This document shows positions 1-9,590 of a stretch of 64,000 nt of DNA, one piece after another (the stretch's first letter is position 1; each line of letters begins with the position of its first letter). The stretch spans positions 17,255 to 81,254 of IMG/VR virus record IMGVR_UViG_3300024999_000075. The stretch is one strand, 5' to 3'. The notes beneath the pieces were generated by a model, which saw nothing but the letters and a program-made list of their open reading frames with translations, did no database searches and had not been told where the DNA came from. Both the position numbers and the translations under genes were made by a program. This DNA is from a virus.

Positions 1-452
1 CTGGCCTGTTCCTCGGGATACAAAGTAATCACGTATATGCTGATGCCTTTGCTGAGGTTGGTTCCGTGGGCGTAATTATGAAACTTTATGATAGATCTAA
101 GTATCTCAAGGACTTAGGTATCAAACCAGAACGTTTCCGCTCTGGCGATCTCAAAGCCTCCGGCGATCCTGACTTTGCCCTGACCGACAAAGAGCGGGAA
201 CACATCAAGGAGCAGGTTATGACTTACGCTAGTAAGTTCTATGGCATAGTCTCAGATGCTCGTGGGATTCCGCTGCCAGTCATGGAAAAATCTGGAATAA
301 CTTCAGGGAGAACCTTCATTGGGGAGCAGGCTTTGAAGGTCAATCTAGTTGATGGGATGAAATCATTTGATCAGGTAGTCCTAAAAGCTTATGGCTTGGC
401 TAAAAATTACCTTGACAAGAATAGGCAGAGCAGTCTAAGCTATGTGAAATAA
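1..452 (+). CDS. S49-family prohead protease, C-terminal part (5' end probably outside the window)
   Basis: Has S49-like segments (EVGSVGVI, RSGDLKASGDP, GRTFIGEQALKVNLVDG) and lies upstream of scaffold and capsid genes. Confidence 0.85.
   Translation, partial: GLFLGIQSNHVYADAFAEVGSVGVIMKLYDRSKYLKDLGIKPERFRSGDLKASGDPDFALTDKEREHIKEQVMTYASKFYGIVSDARGIPLPVMEKSGITSGRTFIGEQALKVNLVDGMKSFDQVVLKAYGLAKNYLDKNRQSSLSYVK
412..441 (+). promoter_or_regulatory. sigma70-like promoter for scaffold/capsid genes
   Basis: TTGACA-18 nt-TAAGCT just upstream of the scaffold gene. Confidence 0.5.
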
Positions 453-475
453 TTTTAACTTTGGAGTGTTATACT

Positions 476-1021
476 ATGAAAAAGAAGATCCTGTCTGAAG
501 CTGCTTTGCAGGCTATGATGGCTACTGGTGATGAGCCCGTAGTACAGCCTACAGCTGAAGAGTTGGCTGAATTGGAAGCAAAGAAGGCTGAAGCAGATAA
601 ACTGGAAGCTGAAGCTGCTGCCAAGAAAGCCGAAAAGAAAGATGATTGCGACTGTGATTGTGAGGAAGAGACTGCCAAAGCCATCCTTGAGCTTGAAGCT
701 TCTCAGGCTGTCAACGCTGATCTCACCGCCAAACTCGCTGAAGCTGAAGCCAAGGCCACCCAGATTGAAGTTGGGGCTGAGGCTCTGAAGACCATTGTTG
801 CCGGTCAGGTTTCTAAGATGCGGATTGGTCTGCGCTTTGCTGCGGTCGATATGAGTAAGTTCAGTATTGATGCTCTGGTTACTGAGTATGAGAATACTGC
901 TGAAGCCTTCATGAAGGCGCTACCTGTGGGTTCTGTTGTGCCGGAGCCTAAAGTGGAGAAGCAGTCAGCTATTCAATCAAGCCACGATGCCGGAAGTTTT
1001 AAGGCACTGGGTTTCAAATAA
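476..1021 (+). CDS. Capsid scaffolding protein (putative)
   Basis: Ala/Glu/Lys-rich coiled coil between protease and capsid genes; GGAG upstream of ATG 476. Confidence 0.7.
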   Translation: MKKKILSEAALQAMMATGDEPVVQPTAEELAELEAKKAEADKLEAEAAAKKAEKKDDCDCDCEEETAKAILELEASQAVNADLTAKLAEAEAKATQIEVGAEALKTIVAGQVSKMRIGLRFAAVDMSKFSIDALVTEYENTAEAFMKALPVGSVVPEPKVEKQSAIQSSHDAGSFKALGFK

Positions 1022-1074
1022 AATCAAAGGGCCAAAGGAACCCATTCCAGTAACTCTGGATAAACCTTAATACT

Positions 1075-1500
1075 ATGGCAAAATTTACTTGCTCTGTGAA
1101 CGTAGGCGAGAACGTCTACAGAACTTACAAGATGGCTGCTGGAATTTTAGATGGGGATATCGGAAAGCCGGTAACATACCCTGCGGCCACTGATGTTGTT
1201 GCCCTTGCTGCTGACGGGGAACAGATTTACGGTTTTATTGCAGCCGTGGAATCAGCCACAGCTGATGGCCTTAAGCTTGTTTCTATTCTTGTTTCTGGTC
1301 GTGCGTGGGTTATTTTGAGTGGTGCATCTGCTGTTGGAACTTTGGTAGAAGCTGCTGCTAATACGGCTGCTGGCACTGCTAAGGCTGGAGCCTTCGGTCT
1401 TGTATCTACTCACACCCTCATTGCTGGAACCATGAAGCAATGGATGGTTATCTCTGGAACTGGTGCGGATACTGCCACGGTTCTCATTGAAAGTTTATAA
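1075..1500 (+). CDS. Head decoration / capsid cement protein (putative)
   Basis: 141 aa, Ala/Gly/Val-rich beta protein immediately before the major capsid gene. Confidence 0.65.
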   Translation: MAKFTCSVNVGENVYRTYKMAAGILDGDIGKPVTYPAATDVVALAADGEQIYGFIAAVESATADGLKLVSILVSGRAWVILSGASAVGTLVEAAANTAAGTAKAGAFGLVSTHTLIAGTMKQWMVISGTGADTATVLIESL

Positions 1501-1519
1501 TTAAGGAGAACTAAATAAA

Positions 1520-2710
1520 ATGGCTAAGTTTATAGATGCTAACGGAAATCCTCAGGACGTCCCGTTGAATGGTATGGCTCTCTACAAAGAAGCCATGGCC
1601 AAGAAGATTACTGTTCGACAGCTGATCAACAGCAAATGCCCTACCGCCGCTGGTGGACCTGATGCGTTCCAGCAGATGTGTATAGAAGCAGGTCTGCGGT
1701 TTAAAGCAGACGATGCTAATGGCGTACCGGCTACTAGTCTTCTGGAAATGTTTGAAGGTCCAAATGCTAGTTCCTTTACCCAGTCTGACGCCATCCCGAC
1801 GAGCCGCTTGCTTTTTCCCGCAGCTTTGATGGAAGTGATCGAAGATGCTCTCCAGTCAAAAGAAGATGTGGCTACCGGAGCCTTTGAGTCATTAGTTGGC
1901 TATAAAGCTACTGTTGCGAGTAATCGTATCGAGCAGCCGGTCATTTCTTACGGCGCTACTAAAGGTCCAGAGGATTCTCAGTTCCAGCATGTTAGTCAGA
2001 ATACTCGCCCTCCGATTCTTCTTTCATTGCAAAGCTCCGATATTTCACGTAAAATTCCCACTACCGCAATTGGTATGGAAATCAGCCGTGAAGCATTGCA
2101 GGCAAATAACCTGGACTTCGTGGCATTAACATTAAGCCGTTTCCTCCGAATCGCTAATTACAACGAGTGGGTTACGCAGATTACTGCGTTACTCTCTGGG
2201 GATGCAGATGCGGCTACCACTACTATGTCTGATGGTACTGCGGCATTGGCTCAGGTAAAAGCCTCTGCTTATGATGCTACCATCGTTGCTAATGGAGTTC
2301 TGAGTCAGAAGGCATGGCTCAAATTCCTGTATGCCAATTCTATGAAGATGACTAAGACACATCTCGTATGCGACTTCGACGCTGCTCTTGCCATTGACAA
2401 TAGACTTGACCGTCCCACCAATATGCATAACAATTCCATGGATCGCTTGGATGTGCCTTTTTCTGTTTCTTATCCGGCGTTTAACTCTAATATCTCAATG
2501 ATAGTGATGCCCACAGGTACCTTCGCGGCAAACACAATTATGGCTCTTGAGCAGCCTACGGCTATTTCCAAGATTACCTCATCTACTGCCAGTTATTCAG
2601 CAATTGAGGAGATTATAATGAAGAAATCGACGGAAATTCGCCTGGATAGGGGCTTCATTACCTATCGGAACTACTCAGACTCATTCGGTGTACTCTCACT
2701 TATTGCCTAA
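1520..2710 (+). CDS. Major capsid protein (HK97 fold, putative)
   Basis: 396 aa, strong AAGGAG RBS, position after protease/scaffold/decoration, followed by a terminator. Confidence 0.8.
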   Translation: MAKFIDANGNPQDVPLNGMALYKEAMAKKITVRQLINSKCPTAAGGPDAFQQMCIEAGLRFKADDANGVPATSLLEMFEGPNASSFTQSDAIPTSRLLFPAALMEVIEDALQSKEDVATGAFESLVGYKATVASNRIEQPVISYGATKGPEDSQFQHVSQNTRPPILLSLQSSDISRKIPTTAIGMEISREALQANNLDFVALTLSRFLRIANYNEWVTQITALLSGDADAATTTMSDGTAALAQVKASAYDATIVANGVLSQKAWLKFLYANSMKMTKTHLVCDFDAALAIDNRLDRPTNMHNNSMDRLDVPFSVSYPAFNSNISMIVMPTGTFAANTIMALEQPTAISKITSSTASYSAIEEIIMKKSTEIRLDRGFITYRNYSDSFGVLSLIA

Positions 2711-2712
2711 TC

Positions 2713-2758
2713 AATAAGAAAAGCCCTACCAGATTGCTCTGGTGGGGCTTTTCTTATT
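2713..2758. terminator. Bidirectional intrinsic terminator
   Basis: aataagaaaagccctaccag...ctggtggggcttttcttatt hairpin with A/T tails between convergent genes. Confidence 0.8.
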
Positions 2759-3313
2759 TCAACACAACTCTAGAAACTTATCATATCTGATTAAAGGGTG
2801 TACCTTAGTTTCTCCAATCCTTTCAGCGTGTCGATCAAGTGTAGTCATTATATCATCTTTGTAAGGCCAGAACTTCCTGTATATTTCCAGAGAAAATCTT
2901 AATAAACCAGTCTGACAGAAACTTGCTGGGAATACACAAGTGTCTAATATAAACCCTTGAGGATAGTCGCTCATCTCCAAGCCTTCCGAGCGTATGGCAC
3001 CAGCGGGCTCAAATACTGCGCTGAACAAACAATCATCTATTTGTAGAAAATAAGGTACAGTTATGAATTCATAACCATTATTAGAACATACGTCAGCTAT
3101 GTCTAGGTCTCTATAAGTGGTGCTAACATTGGTGTAGTGTCCAGGACCATCATATTCTACAACTACCATGTAATGATCATTTCTATAATCTGGACGAAGC
3201 TTGCTCCCTGAACTAGGAATGATTTTGTTATACACCCACTCACCTTTAGGAAATACCAGCTTGAGGAAATCTCCCAGCTTCTCTTCTGTTAAGTACCCAT
3301 CGTATATTTTCAT
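2759..3313 (-). CDS. PD-(D/E)XK / DUF559-like endonuclease
   Basis: EEKL...LRPDYRND...VVEYDGPGHY...RD motif pattern typical of Vsr/DUF559-like nucleases. Confidence 0.7.
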   Translation of the reverse strand: MKIYDGYLTEEKLGDFLKLVFPKGEWVYNKIIPSSGSKLRPDYRNDHYMVVVEYDGPGHYTNVSTTYRDLDIADVCSNNGYEFITVPYFLQIDDCLFSAVFEPAGAIRSEGLEMSDYPQGFILDTCVFPASFCQTGLLRFSLEIYRKFWPYKDDIMTTLDRHAERIGETKVHPLIRYDKFLELC

Positions 3314-3483
3314 TTGTTCTCTCCTTTAGTAGATCCCATCCTCTCCAACATCTCTGTCAATGCTCTTCGAACCAAATCCGAAGTAGTATAACCCTTCTCC
3401 AAAGCCAATTTCTCTATTCTCTCCCAAACAGCATCCGACAACCATACAGTGTGTTTTCTTAAATCACTTTTTCTTCTTGGCAT
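3310..3483 (-). CDS. CopG-like ribbon-helix-helix DNA-binding protein (57 aa, not in ORF track)
   Basis: Translates MPRRKSDLRKHTVWLSDAVWERIEKLALEKGYTTSDLVRRALTEMLERMGSTKGENK; AAGGAGG RBS; ATGA overlap with the nuclease. Confidence 0.75.
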   Translation of the reverse strand: MPRRKSDLRKHTVWLSDAVWERIEKLALEKGYTTSDLVRRALTEMLERMGSTKGENK

Positions 3484-3510
3484 ATATAACCTCCTTTAGG
3501 TATTTACACT

Positions 3511-3576
3511 ACCTTACACCTCACAGCCACACTCTGCAACTATAAACTTGCACTACGCAGCAAAAAATACTATCAT
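3511..3576. promoter_or_regulatory. Back-to-back divergent sigma70-like promoters
   Basis: Minus strand TTGCAG-17-TAAGGT (3539-3511); plus strand TTGCAC-17-TATCAT (3548-3576). Confidence 0.55.
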
Positions 3577-3611
3577 GTCAGCAACACTTTAATATAAAAG
3601 GAGACTACATA

Positions 3612-3872
3612 ATGGCAAGGCCAAAAAAACTCAACCACCCTCCGACTACCAACGCTGAAGCTCTGAAGGAAGTCACCATACCCGAAATTGTAGAGGAACC
3701 AATTGTTGAAGAAATTATAAAGCCTGATAAGAAGCTCTACCGCTCAATAAGATTTAATATGTATCATCCGTTTCAATTTCGCCACCTTACCACTGACGCC
3801 GCAACTGAACTCTTCATGGATGGTTGGCTTGAATCACAGATCAACGCAGGTCTGGTAGAAGAATGGCAATAA
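3612..3872 (+). CDS. Small head-associated hypothetical protein
   Basis: 86-aa ORF with AAGGAG RBS in the head module. Confidence 0.6.
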   Translation: MARPKKLNHPPTTNAEALKEVTIPEIVEEPIVEEIIKPDKKLYRSIRFNMYHPFQFRHLTTDAATELFMDGWLESQINAGLVEEWQ

Positions 3873-4457
3873 CCAAAGTAATAAAACATTTCAAACGAGG
3901 TAAACAACGATGAGATTTAATTGGCCTGGAGCATTAAAAGCAGCACTCGAAGCATGTACCATGATAGCGTCCTCTATCACCAGCGCAACTACCGTCAGAT
4001 CAATAGGAGCCATCGGCTACGAGACTGGCGCTGGAGGGGCAGTAACCCAAGGAACTGATAAGACCACAGCCGTTACCCTTAATAAGTTGTGTGGAACCAT
4101 TACCATGCACGCTGAGTCTTTAGCTGCCGGGGCTGAGACTGGTTTCACGCTCACCAACTCAACCATAGCGGCTACAGATGTAGTCGTGGTTTGTATCAAG
4201 GGTGTAGGTACAGTAAGCTCTTATCAGATTTCCGTGGACGGGGTAGCCACGGGATCTTGCCATATTACCTTGGCGAATCTGTCAGCGGGTGCTTTAGCGG
4301 AGGCTATTACTGTGAACTTTGTGGTTATCAAAGGTGTTGCTGCTTAAACCAAATGAAGGAGACTCTGATGATAATTTTACCAACTCGCCAACTGAACTCT
4401 TCATGGACGGCTGGCTTGAATCACAAATTAACGCTGGTCTGGTAAAAGAATGGCAAT
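3802..4457 (+). repeat. 69-bp imperfect direct repeat (3802-3870 and 4389-4457) flanking gene 3910-4347
   Basis: caactgaactcttcatgga...gaatggcaat present twice, with 6 mismatches in 69 bp. Confidence 0.9.
3910..4347 (+). CDS. Virion structural protein (decoration/fibre-like beta protein)
   Basis: Thr/Ala/Gly-rich; GAGGAVTQGTDKTTAVTLN...FTLTNSTIAATDVVVV pattern seen in phage structural proteins. Confidence 0.55.
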   Translation: MRFNWPGALKAALEACTMIASSITSATTVRSIGAIGYETGAGGAVTQGTDKTTAVTLNKLCGTITMHAESLAAGAETGFTLTNSTIAATDVVVVCIKGVGTVSSYQISVDGVATGSCHITLANLSAGALAEAITVNFVVIKGVAA

Positions 4458-4953
4458 CGTAGATTATACTAGCTATGATGAGGTGAGAACCACCTGTGGC
4501 GTTTCCGAAAAGGAACTTCCAGATGCTGAACTTGCTCTGGAGATCTACGATAACGTCCTCGGTCTCGCTCTGGCTGAAGTAACCCTTCCGACCGAGGAGC
4601 CTGGACCTGGACCTCTTGACACCCGGTACATAGCTATCAAAGCTATTCCTGTTGGAACCAGGACCGCGATACAACAGAAGCTTTACAATTTAACAAGGAT
4701 GTTCGCTACTTACACTGTCGCTTTCGAAGTAGCAACCAGCCTCTCACTCAAGGCACCCAAAAGCATTGGAGATGGCAAAGCAACCTTAGTACGCTTCTCC
4801 CCGGAAGCAACTTTCCAGGATGTCATTGAAGCGATAACCAAGAAGCTGGACGAAGTACGCTACCGCATAGAGAACATCAATGCCTCAGCTGTAGTGTCCT
4901 TGCCTTTGATGGCAGCAGTGAAACCTGCTATTGATCCTGTGACTGGCGTATGA
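4450..4953 (+). CDS. Head-tail adaptor protein (putative)
   Basis: N-terminal YTSYDEVR motif, helical, located after the capsid genes. Confidence 0.65.
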   Translation: MAIVDYTSYDEVRTTCGVSEKELPDAELALEIYDNVLGLALAEVTLPTEEPGPGPLDTRYIAIKAIPVGTRTAIQQKLYNLTRMFATYTVAFEVATSLSLKAPKSIGDGKATLVRFSPEATFQDVIEAITKKLDEVRYRIENINASAVVSLPLMAAVKPAIDPVTGV

Positions 4954-5789
4954 TGACCCTTACTCAAGCCTCCCGCTTTTTCGATGAGTCACTCTTCACC
5001 GATTCATATGGGAGTGCTACGTTCTATGGCCAGATCTTACCCTTTGCTGACAACACCAGATCAGCGTCTTCCGCTACCCGTAGGGTTTTGGATGTAGCTC
5101 CCTCGGTCTCCATTCCATCTAAGCGAACAGTAACGGAGAGTGCCTCCAGTAATAAGTACATCATCTCCTACAAGGCTTCCGACTTCTTCCAAGGCGATGA
5201 GATCAGGGCTAAATACCCCGTCCTGCCGGTATCGACCCAGTATAATATCAGGAGTATTGATCAGAGCCTGGCAAGTTCTGGTGGCGTTACTGATGCCTAT
5301 ATGAGCCCTTCGTACATCAGAAGGAATATCCTGGAAGACAATTCTGATTATCTTGGTAGTTATGAGATTCACTTCAGCTCTTATTACACCATCACCCAAG
5401 GCCAAATAATCCATGGTGGCGGAAAGTATTATAGAGCAAGGGAAAATTCCAGGATTGACGATATCGGTTTTGGTGCGGTCGAAGCAGCCGAATTACAAGA
5501 CCCAATACAAACCTACATCTTTCAAGGTCAAGGGGATACTTATGATCCTGCAACTGACTCTTATAATACTCCTGCTGCTATTACTGGAGTTGTCTGCTTA
5601 GTTGAGCACGTCACTATGGACTTTCAGCATGAGGCCATGGGGTATGTTGAGATGGAGCATGGAGATAAGTCTATTTCCTTCTTAAAATCGGTCGTTACTG
5701 CGGTGAAAGTAGGAGATAAGATTGGGAAATATCGTATTGAGTCGGTGATGGATCACTCCACTTTCTGGACTGTTCAGGGTAGGGTATGA
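4950..5789 (+). CDS. Head closure/stopper protein (putative)
   Basis: Synteny; contains a TYDPATD segment typical of head-closure proteins. Confidence 0.55.
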   Translation: MMTLTQASRFFDESLFTDSYGSATFYGQILPFADNTRSASSATRRVLDVAPSVSIPSKRTVTESASSNKYIISYKASDFFQGDEIRAKYPVLPVSTQYNIRSIDQSLASSGGVTDAYMSPSYIRRNILEDNSDYLGSYEIHFSSYYTITQGQIIHGGGKYYRARENSRIDDIGFGAVEAAELQDPIQTYIFQGQGDTYDPATDSYNTPAAITGVVCLVEHVTMDFQHEAMGYVEMEHGDKSISFLKSVVTAVKVGDKIGKYRIESVMDHSTFWTVQGRV

Positions 5790-6352
5790 AGTTTTCTATA
5801 AAGATTGGCGGTGTAGATGTCTCAGCTAAGGGCAGCTCCAAGGCTGCTTTCAAGGAAGCTGAAAACGTCAGAAAGGAAACTGCTGAGTGTATTGCTGGAA
5901 TGGTGGCTGAGACCTTTGAGCAGATCCTTTTTAACGCACCTCAGTATACTGGCAACTTTGTCGCTAATATGGCTGTTCGGTCAGGACTCTCAGCTGGAGC
6001 TAAGGGTGGGGAAGAATATTTCTCTCATGTTTGGCCTATAGTTCCTCCTCAGGAGGTTTTTGAACGAGGCAAGATGCCAGCTATTGAAGCAGCTTTATCT
6101 GCTAATAAAAACATCGTCAAGAACCTTACTTCCCATATCGTCAAGCAGAGCGGCTGGATATCTGGTGTGACCATCTACAATCGCCTCAGTGACGCTGAGA
6201 TTGTCGAGAACCTTAATGCTATGCGCCTAAGAGATCCTAACGTTCCCGGTGCCCACCCAATGGCTAGGGGGGCTGCTTGGTTGGAGGCCATTGCCGGAAA
6301 GAAGATTGTTTACGGCTCACCTGAATTCCATGCTTATAGGATGAAAAGATGA
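5786..6352 (+). CDS. Neck / tail completion protein (HK97 gp10-like, putative)
   Basis: APQYTGNFVANM resembles the P-x-x-TG motif of HK97 gp10-like proteins; synteny. Confidence 0.6.
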   Translation: MKFSIKIGGVDVSAKGSSKAAFKEAENVRKETAECIAGMVAETFEQILFNAPQYTGNFVANMAVRSGLSAGAKGGEEYFSHVWPIVPPQEVFERGKMPAIEAALSANKNIVKNLTSHIVKQSGWISGVTIYNRLSDAEIVENLNAMRLRDPNVPGAHPMARGAAWLEAIAGKKIVYGSPEFHAYRMKR

Positions 6353-6762
6353 ACCCCTACGAAACCACCAGGGCTAAGCTTGCTGCTTTAGTCAAGACCT
6401 TCCACGATACTTACTATCCAACGATGGAAGTCAACTATCCAAAGAACTGGCGCACCGACATTGAGGCTTCAGTGAATCCCTTCGTTGGGGTGGAGATTAC
6501 TTGGAGTTCTCGGACGATGGGCTTGAATCCCAGGAAAGATCTGGAAGTCTCAGGAGCTTTGGTGTTAAATCATTACGCTCGGGCGGGGAAAGGTGAGAAG
6601 ATTTTCACCGACTATACGGATGCACTGTATAGTTTCATAGGTTACAAGAATTTAAGTGGCATTAACTTTTACAGTGTGATACCATATAGCAACACAGGAA
6701 AGCCTGGATTTGACGGAGTTATGAATTATGTCAAGTTTGATACGGATTACTTTAATATTTAA
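6349..6762 (+). CDS. Tail terminator protein (putative)
   Basis: 137 aa directly before the tail tube gene. Confidence 0.6.
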   Translation: MNPYETTRAKLAALVKTFHDTYYPTMEVNYPKNWRTDIEASVNPFVGVEITWSSRTMGLNPRKDLEVSGALVLNHYARAGKGEKIFTDYTDALYSFIGYKNLSGINFYSVIPYSNTGKPGFDGVMNYVKFDTDYFNI

Positions 6763-6773
6763 GGAGTTTAGCT

Positions 6774-7976
6774 ATGCCTTCAAGTTCATCGAGTACAGTT
6801 TGGCGGTTTTTGGAGCAGGATACTGCTGGGGAAATCGAAGTAGGTAATCCCCAAACCTGGAGGGTTACGGGCGGAGCAATTACCCAGACGACAACTAACT
6901 CCCCTGATAATGAACTGCGATCTGATCGCGGTCGTGGTGACTCCACTTTAGTCTCTGGGTCAGTGGCTGGTACTATCAACATTAACTGGTCGCATGGCAC
7001 CCATGAGGAATTCCTATCAGCTTTGTTAGCAGATGCACCTACTCCTGTGGCTGCTGGGGGGGTGAAAACTGTCAGCGACATGACATTTTCTACTGTTACT
7101 CATATTATTGGCTCTGCTTCAGCTGCCTTACCAGTTTTGGCTAAAGGGCAGTGGTTCCGTATCACAGGTGCTGTGTCTGCTCTGAATAATGGTATTTACC
7201 GCGCCAGCCTAACTACTGCTCCAACAACTACCGAGATCGTAGTTGAAACCGTTGTTAAAGATTGTGGACTTACTGCTACTGCTGATGAATGTGTAATTTC
7301 GAGCACAAGATACCTGCAAGGCAATGATACTCCACGGTTTTTTACAATAGAACGTGAGTTGGCTGACGTAGGCAAGTACCATACCTTCGCTGATGCTTAT
7401 GTGACGGGTATGAACCTTTCTTACTCCCCCTCTGAACGTGTATCTGGCAGTTTTAGCTTTATGTGTAAAGAGCCTGAGGTTCATGGCGATGCTTCCCTGT
7501 TTCCTGGAATAGCCACGGCTGTTGCTGCCACAACCTCGACCACGTATAACACTGTGGTTGGTACACATGTTCTAGTAGACGGCACAGATCTGGGGGAGGG
7601 ATGTATAGCTTCCCTTAACCTTGACCTATCAGCCGGAGCTAGAGAGAGACGATGTTTGGGTAGTGGGCTTGCACCTTCAGGAATTGCATTTGATTCCCAT
7701 TCAGTTACAGCCAGTGGTAGTGTATTCTTTGGGACTGCTGCTACTTCTGCTCTTTATAATAAACAATTGACTGATCTGCCGATTAACATTGCAATGTGCG
7801 TTACCGACGCAGCAGGAAACGCCCTCGCTTTTAGTATTCCTAGAGCTAAGCTTACAGCGGCAAGCATCGACGGAGGTTCGGCTGGAAGTGACGTGTTGAT
7901 GTCCTTCAATATTGAAGCTAGCACCGACAGTACGTTAGGCAGTATGATTGCCTTTGATGTTATGGGCGCTCTGTAA
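6774..7976 (+). CDS. Major tail tube protein
   Basis: RVTGG...ELRSDR...GTININWS and FFTIERE motifs of phage tube proteins; followed by a terminator. Confidence 0.8.
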   Translation: MPSSSSSTVWRFLEQDTAGEIEVGNPQTWRVTGGAITQTTTNSPDNELRSDRGRGDSTLVSGSVAGTININWSHGTHEEFLSALLADAPTPVAAGGVKTVSDMTFSTVTHIIGSASAALPVLAKGQWFRITGAVSALNNGIYRASLTTAPTTTEIVVETVVKDCGLTATADECVISSTRYLQGNDTPRFFTIERELADVGKYHTFADAYVTGMNLSYSPSERVSGSFSFMCKEPEVHGDASLFPGIATAVAATTSTTYNTVVGTHVLVDGTDLGEGCIASLNLDLSAGARERRCLGSGLAPSGIAFDSHSVTASGSVFFGTAATSALYNKQLTDLPINIAMCVTDAAGNALAFSIPRAKLTAASIDGGSAGSDVLMSFNIEASTDSTLGSMIAFDVMGAL

Positions 7977-8003
7977 CAACTAGATTCCTTTACACTTGCA
8001 GCT

Positions 8004-8045
8004 AAATGGCCTTCTTCCTGTAAAGGGAGAAGGCCATTTTTGTTT
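8004..8045 (+). terminator. Intrinsic terminator after tail tube gene
   Basis: aaatggccttctt...agaaggccattttt hairpin with T tail. Confidence 0.8.
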
Positions 8046-8171
8046 GTTCACTAGCGGGAAACATAAAATTCAGTATAGTGGTCCAAGTTTTTTGTTGGAA
8101 TCAATGTATAACTGCTTTATAGTAGTAATTATGGATTAGTAAATACCAACATTAAACTGTGAGGATATCTA

Positions 8172-9392
8172 ATGAAGATATGTAACAAATGCAAAGGAGA
8201 AAAAAGTGAGCTTGAATTTGGAACCTCAAAGAAAACTAAGGACGGACTCAGGAATCAGTGTAAGGAGTGTAGGAAGGGGGAGTACACTAACAATAAGGAG
8301 GCCGTATTAGCTAAGAGAAAGAAACATTATCAAGAGAATAAAGACGAGGTAATTGCCAGAGCCTCCAGTTATTATTATAACAATAAACCAAAAGTAGCAG
8401 TAAAAAGTAAAGTATATAGGGATAATAACAAGGAGTATTTGTCTGCTAAGTCAGCGGAATACCGCGCCAAGAACAAGTACATTCTCTCGATGAGGAAGCA
8501 GAAGTATTATTATGCCAATAGAGAGAAGATGCTAAGCAGAAGTAAAGAGTACCGGACACTCAACAAAGCTAGGCTAGCAGAGGCAGCTAAAGCATACAAC
8601 TTGCGTAATAGAGAGAAGGTAGCAGCTAGTCACGCTACCTATTATCAAAAGCATCGGGAAACTTTTGCATTAAAGGCTAAGGAGCATAGAGCCAAGAATA
8701 GAGATCATCTGTCTGCTAAATCAGCAGAATATTATTTGAGAAATAAGGATGAAATAAAAGGTAGAACAGCTAAGTGGAGGGAGGAGAATGCAGCAATTGC
8801 TAAAGCTAAACACAAGGTTTTTGCTCAATCTTTTTCAAAATCAGTGAGGCTGCTCAAACAATTATTGCCATTGGATAACCCCATGATGATTGAAGGTTTC
8901 GTAACAGTGACCTGTAAACATTGTGGGACGAGATTCAAGCCTACTAATCAAGACATAAGACATAGAATATCATCAAACAAAGGAAATTCTCCAGGGGAAA
9001 ATAACTTCTATTGTAGTGATGAATGTAAATCGCTTTGTTTATTATTCAAATTCTCTACTCACAATCAAATTGACCCCCGCTCCTCCCAATACGTGCCAGA
9101 CTCCGACACCAAAGAAGCCAGGAAATGCCAACAACAATCCAGAAAAGCTTTCCTAGCCCTACAACTTGACGAATACGGCTACACTTTTTGCGAAAAATGC
9201 TCAACTCCGCTCCCTGCCAAAGACCTTCAACTGCACCACACAAAGCCAGTTTCGATCTTTGGAAAGGAGGCAATAGATGCGTCAACTCAGCTACTTATGT
9301 GTAAGACTTGCCATCCTACTCATGCTTCTTGTCTTCTTGAGTTTCAAACAAGCTATACCCATCCAACAACCGACGAACAACCTCACTCTTAG
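8172..9392 (+). CDS. HNH endonuclease with Zn fingers and long basic helical repeats
   Basis: N-terminal KICNKCKGEK...CKEC; repeated Y..NKE helices; C-terminal CEKC...LHHTKP...LMCKTCH. Confidence 0.8.
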   Translation: MKICNKCKGEKSELEFGTSKKTKDGLRNQCKECRKGEYTNNKEAVLAKRKKHYQENKDEVIARASSYYYNNKPKVAVKSKVYRDNNKEYLSAKSAEYRAKNKYILSMRKQKYYYANREKMLSRSKEYRTLNKARLAEAAKAYNLRNREKVAASHATYYQKHRETFALKAKEHRAKNRDHLSAKSAEYYLRNKDEIKGRTAKWREENAAIAKAKHKVFAQSFSKSVRLLKQLLPLDNPMMIEGFVTVTCKHCGTRFKPTNQDIRHRISSNKGNSPGENNFYCSDECKSLCLLFKFSTHNQIDPRSSQYVPDSDTKEARKCQQQSRKAFLALQLDEYGYTFCEKCSTPLPAKDLQLHHTKPVSIFGKEAIDASTQLLMCKTCHPTHASCLLEFQTSYTHPTTDEQPHS

Positions 9393-9502
9393 TGATACCC
9401 ATCTTTATTGATAGGATTTCCAACTTACGAAAATAATAGGGCGAAAGATTGACAGGCACAATTTTATTAAGTCTCTTTATGGTCATTTGAGCAACTCTCC
9501 TC

Positions 9503-9531
9503 TTGATATTTTATCTTAAATACTTTACAAT
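9503..9531 (+). promoter_or_regulatory. sigma70-like promoter for tail chaperone/TMP genes
   Basis: TTGATA-17-TACAAT. Confidence 0.55.
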
Positions 9532-9590
9532 CACTACAGTACCAGAAGGTAACACATTTTACAAACACTTTTTAAAGGAGACTCCAAACA

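Noticed and set aside
3802-4457. Repeat pair as DGR template/variable repeat
   Set aside because: Mismatches (T/C, T/C, G/A, C/T, A/T, G/A) are not confined to adenines of one copy, and no reverse transcriptase is in the window.
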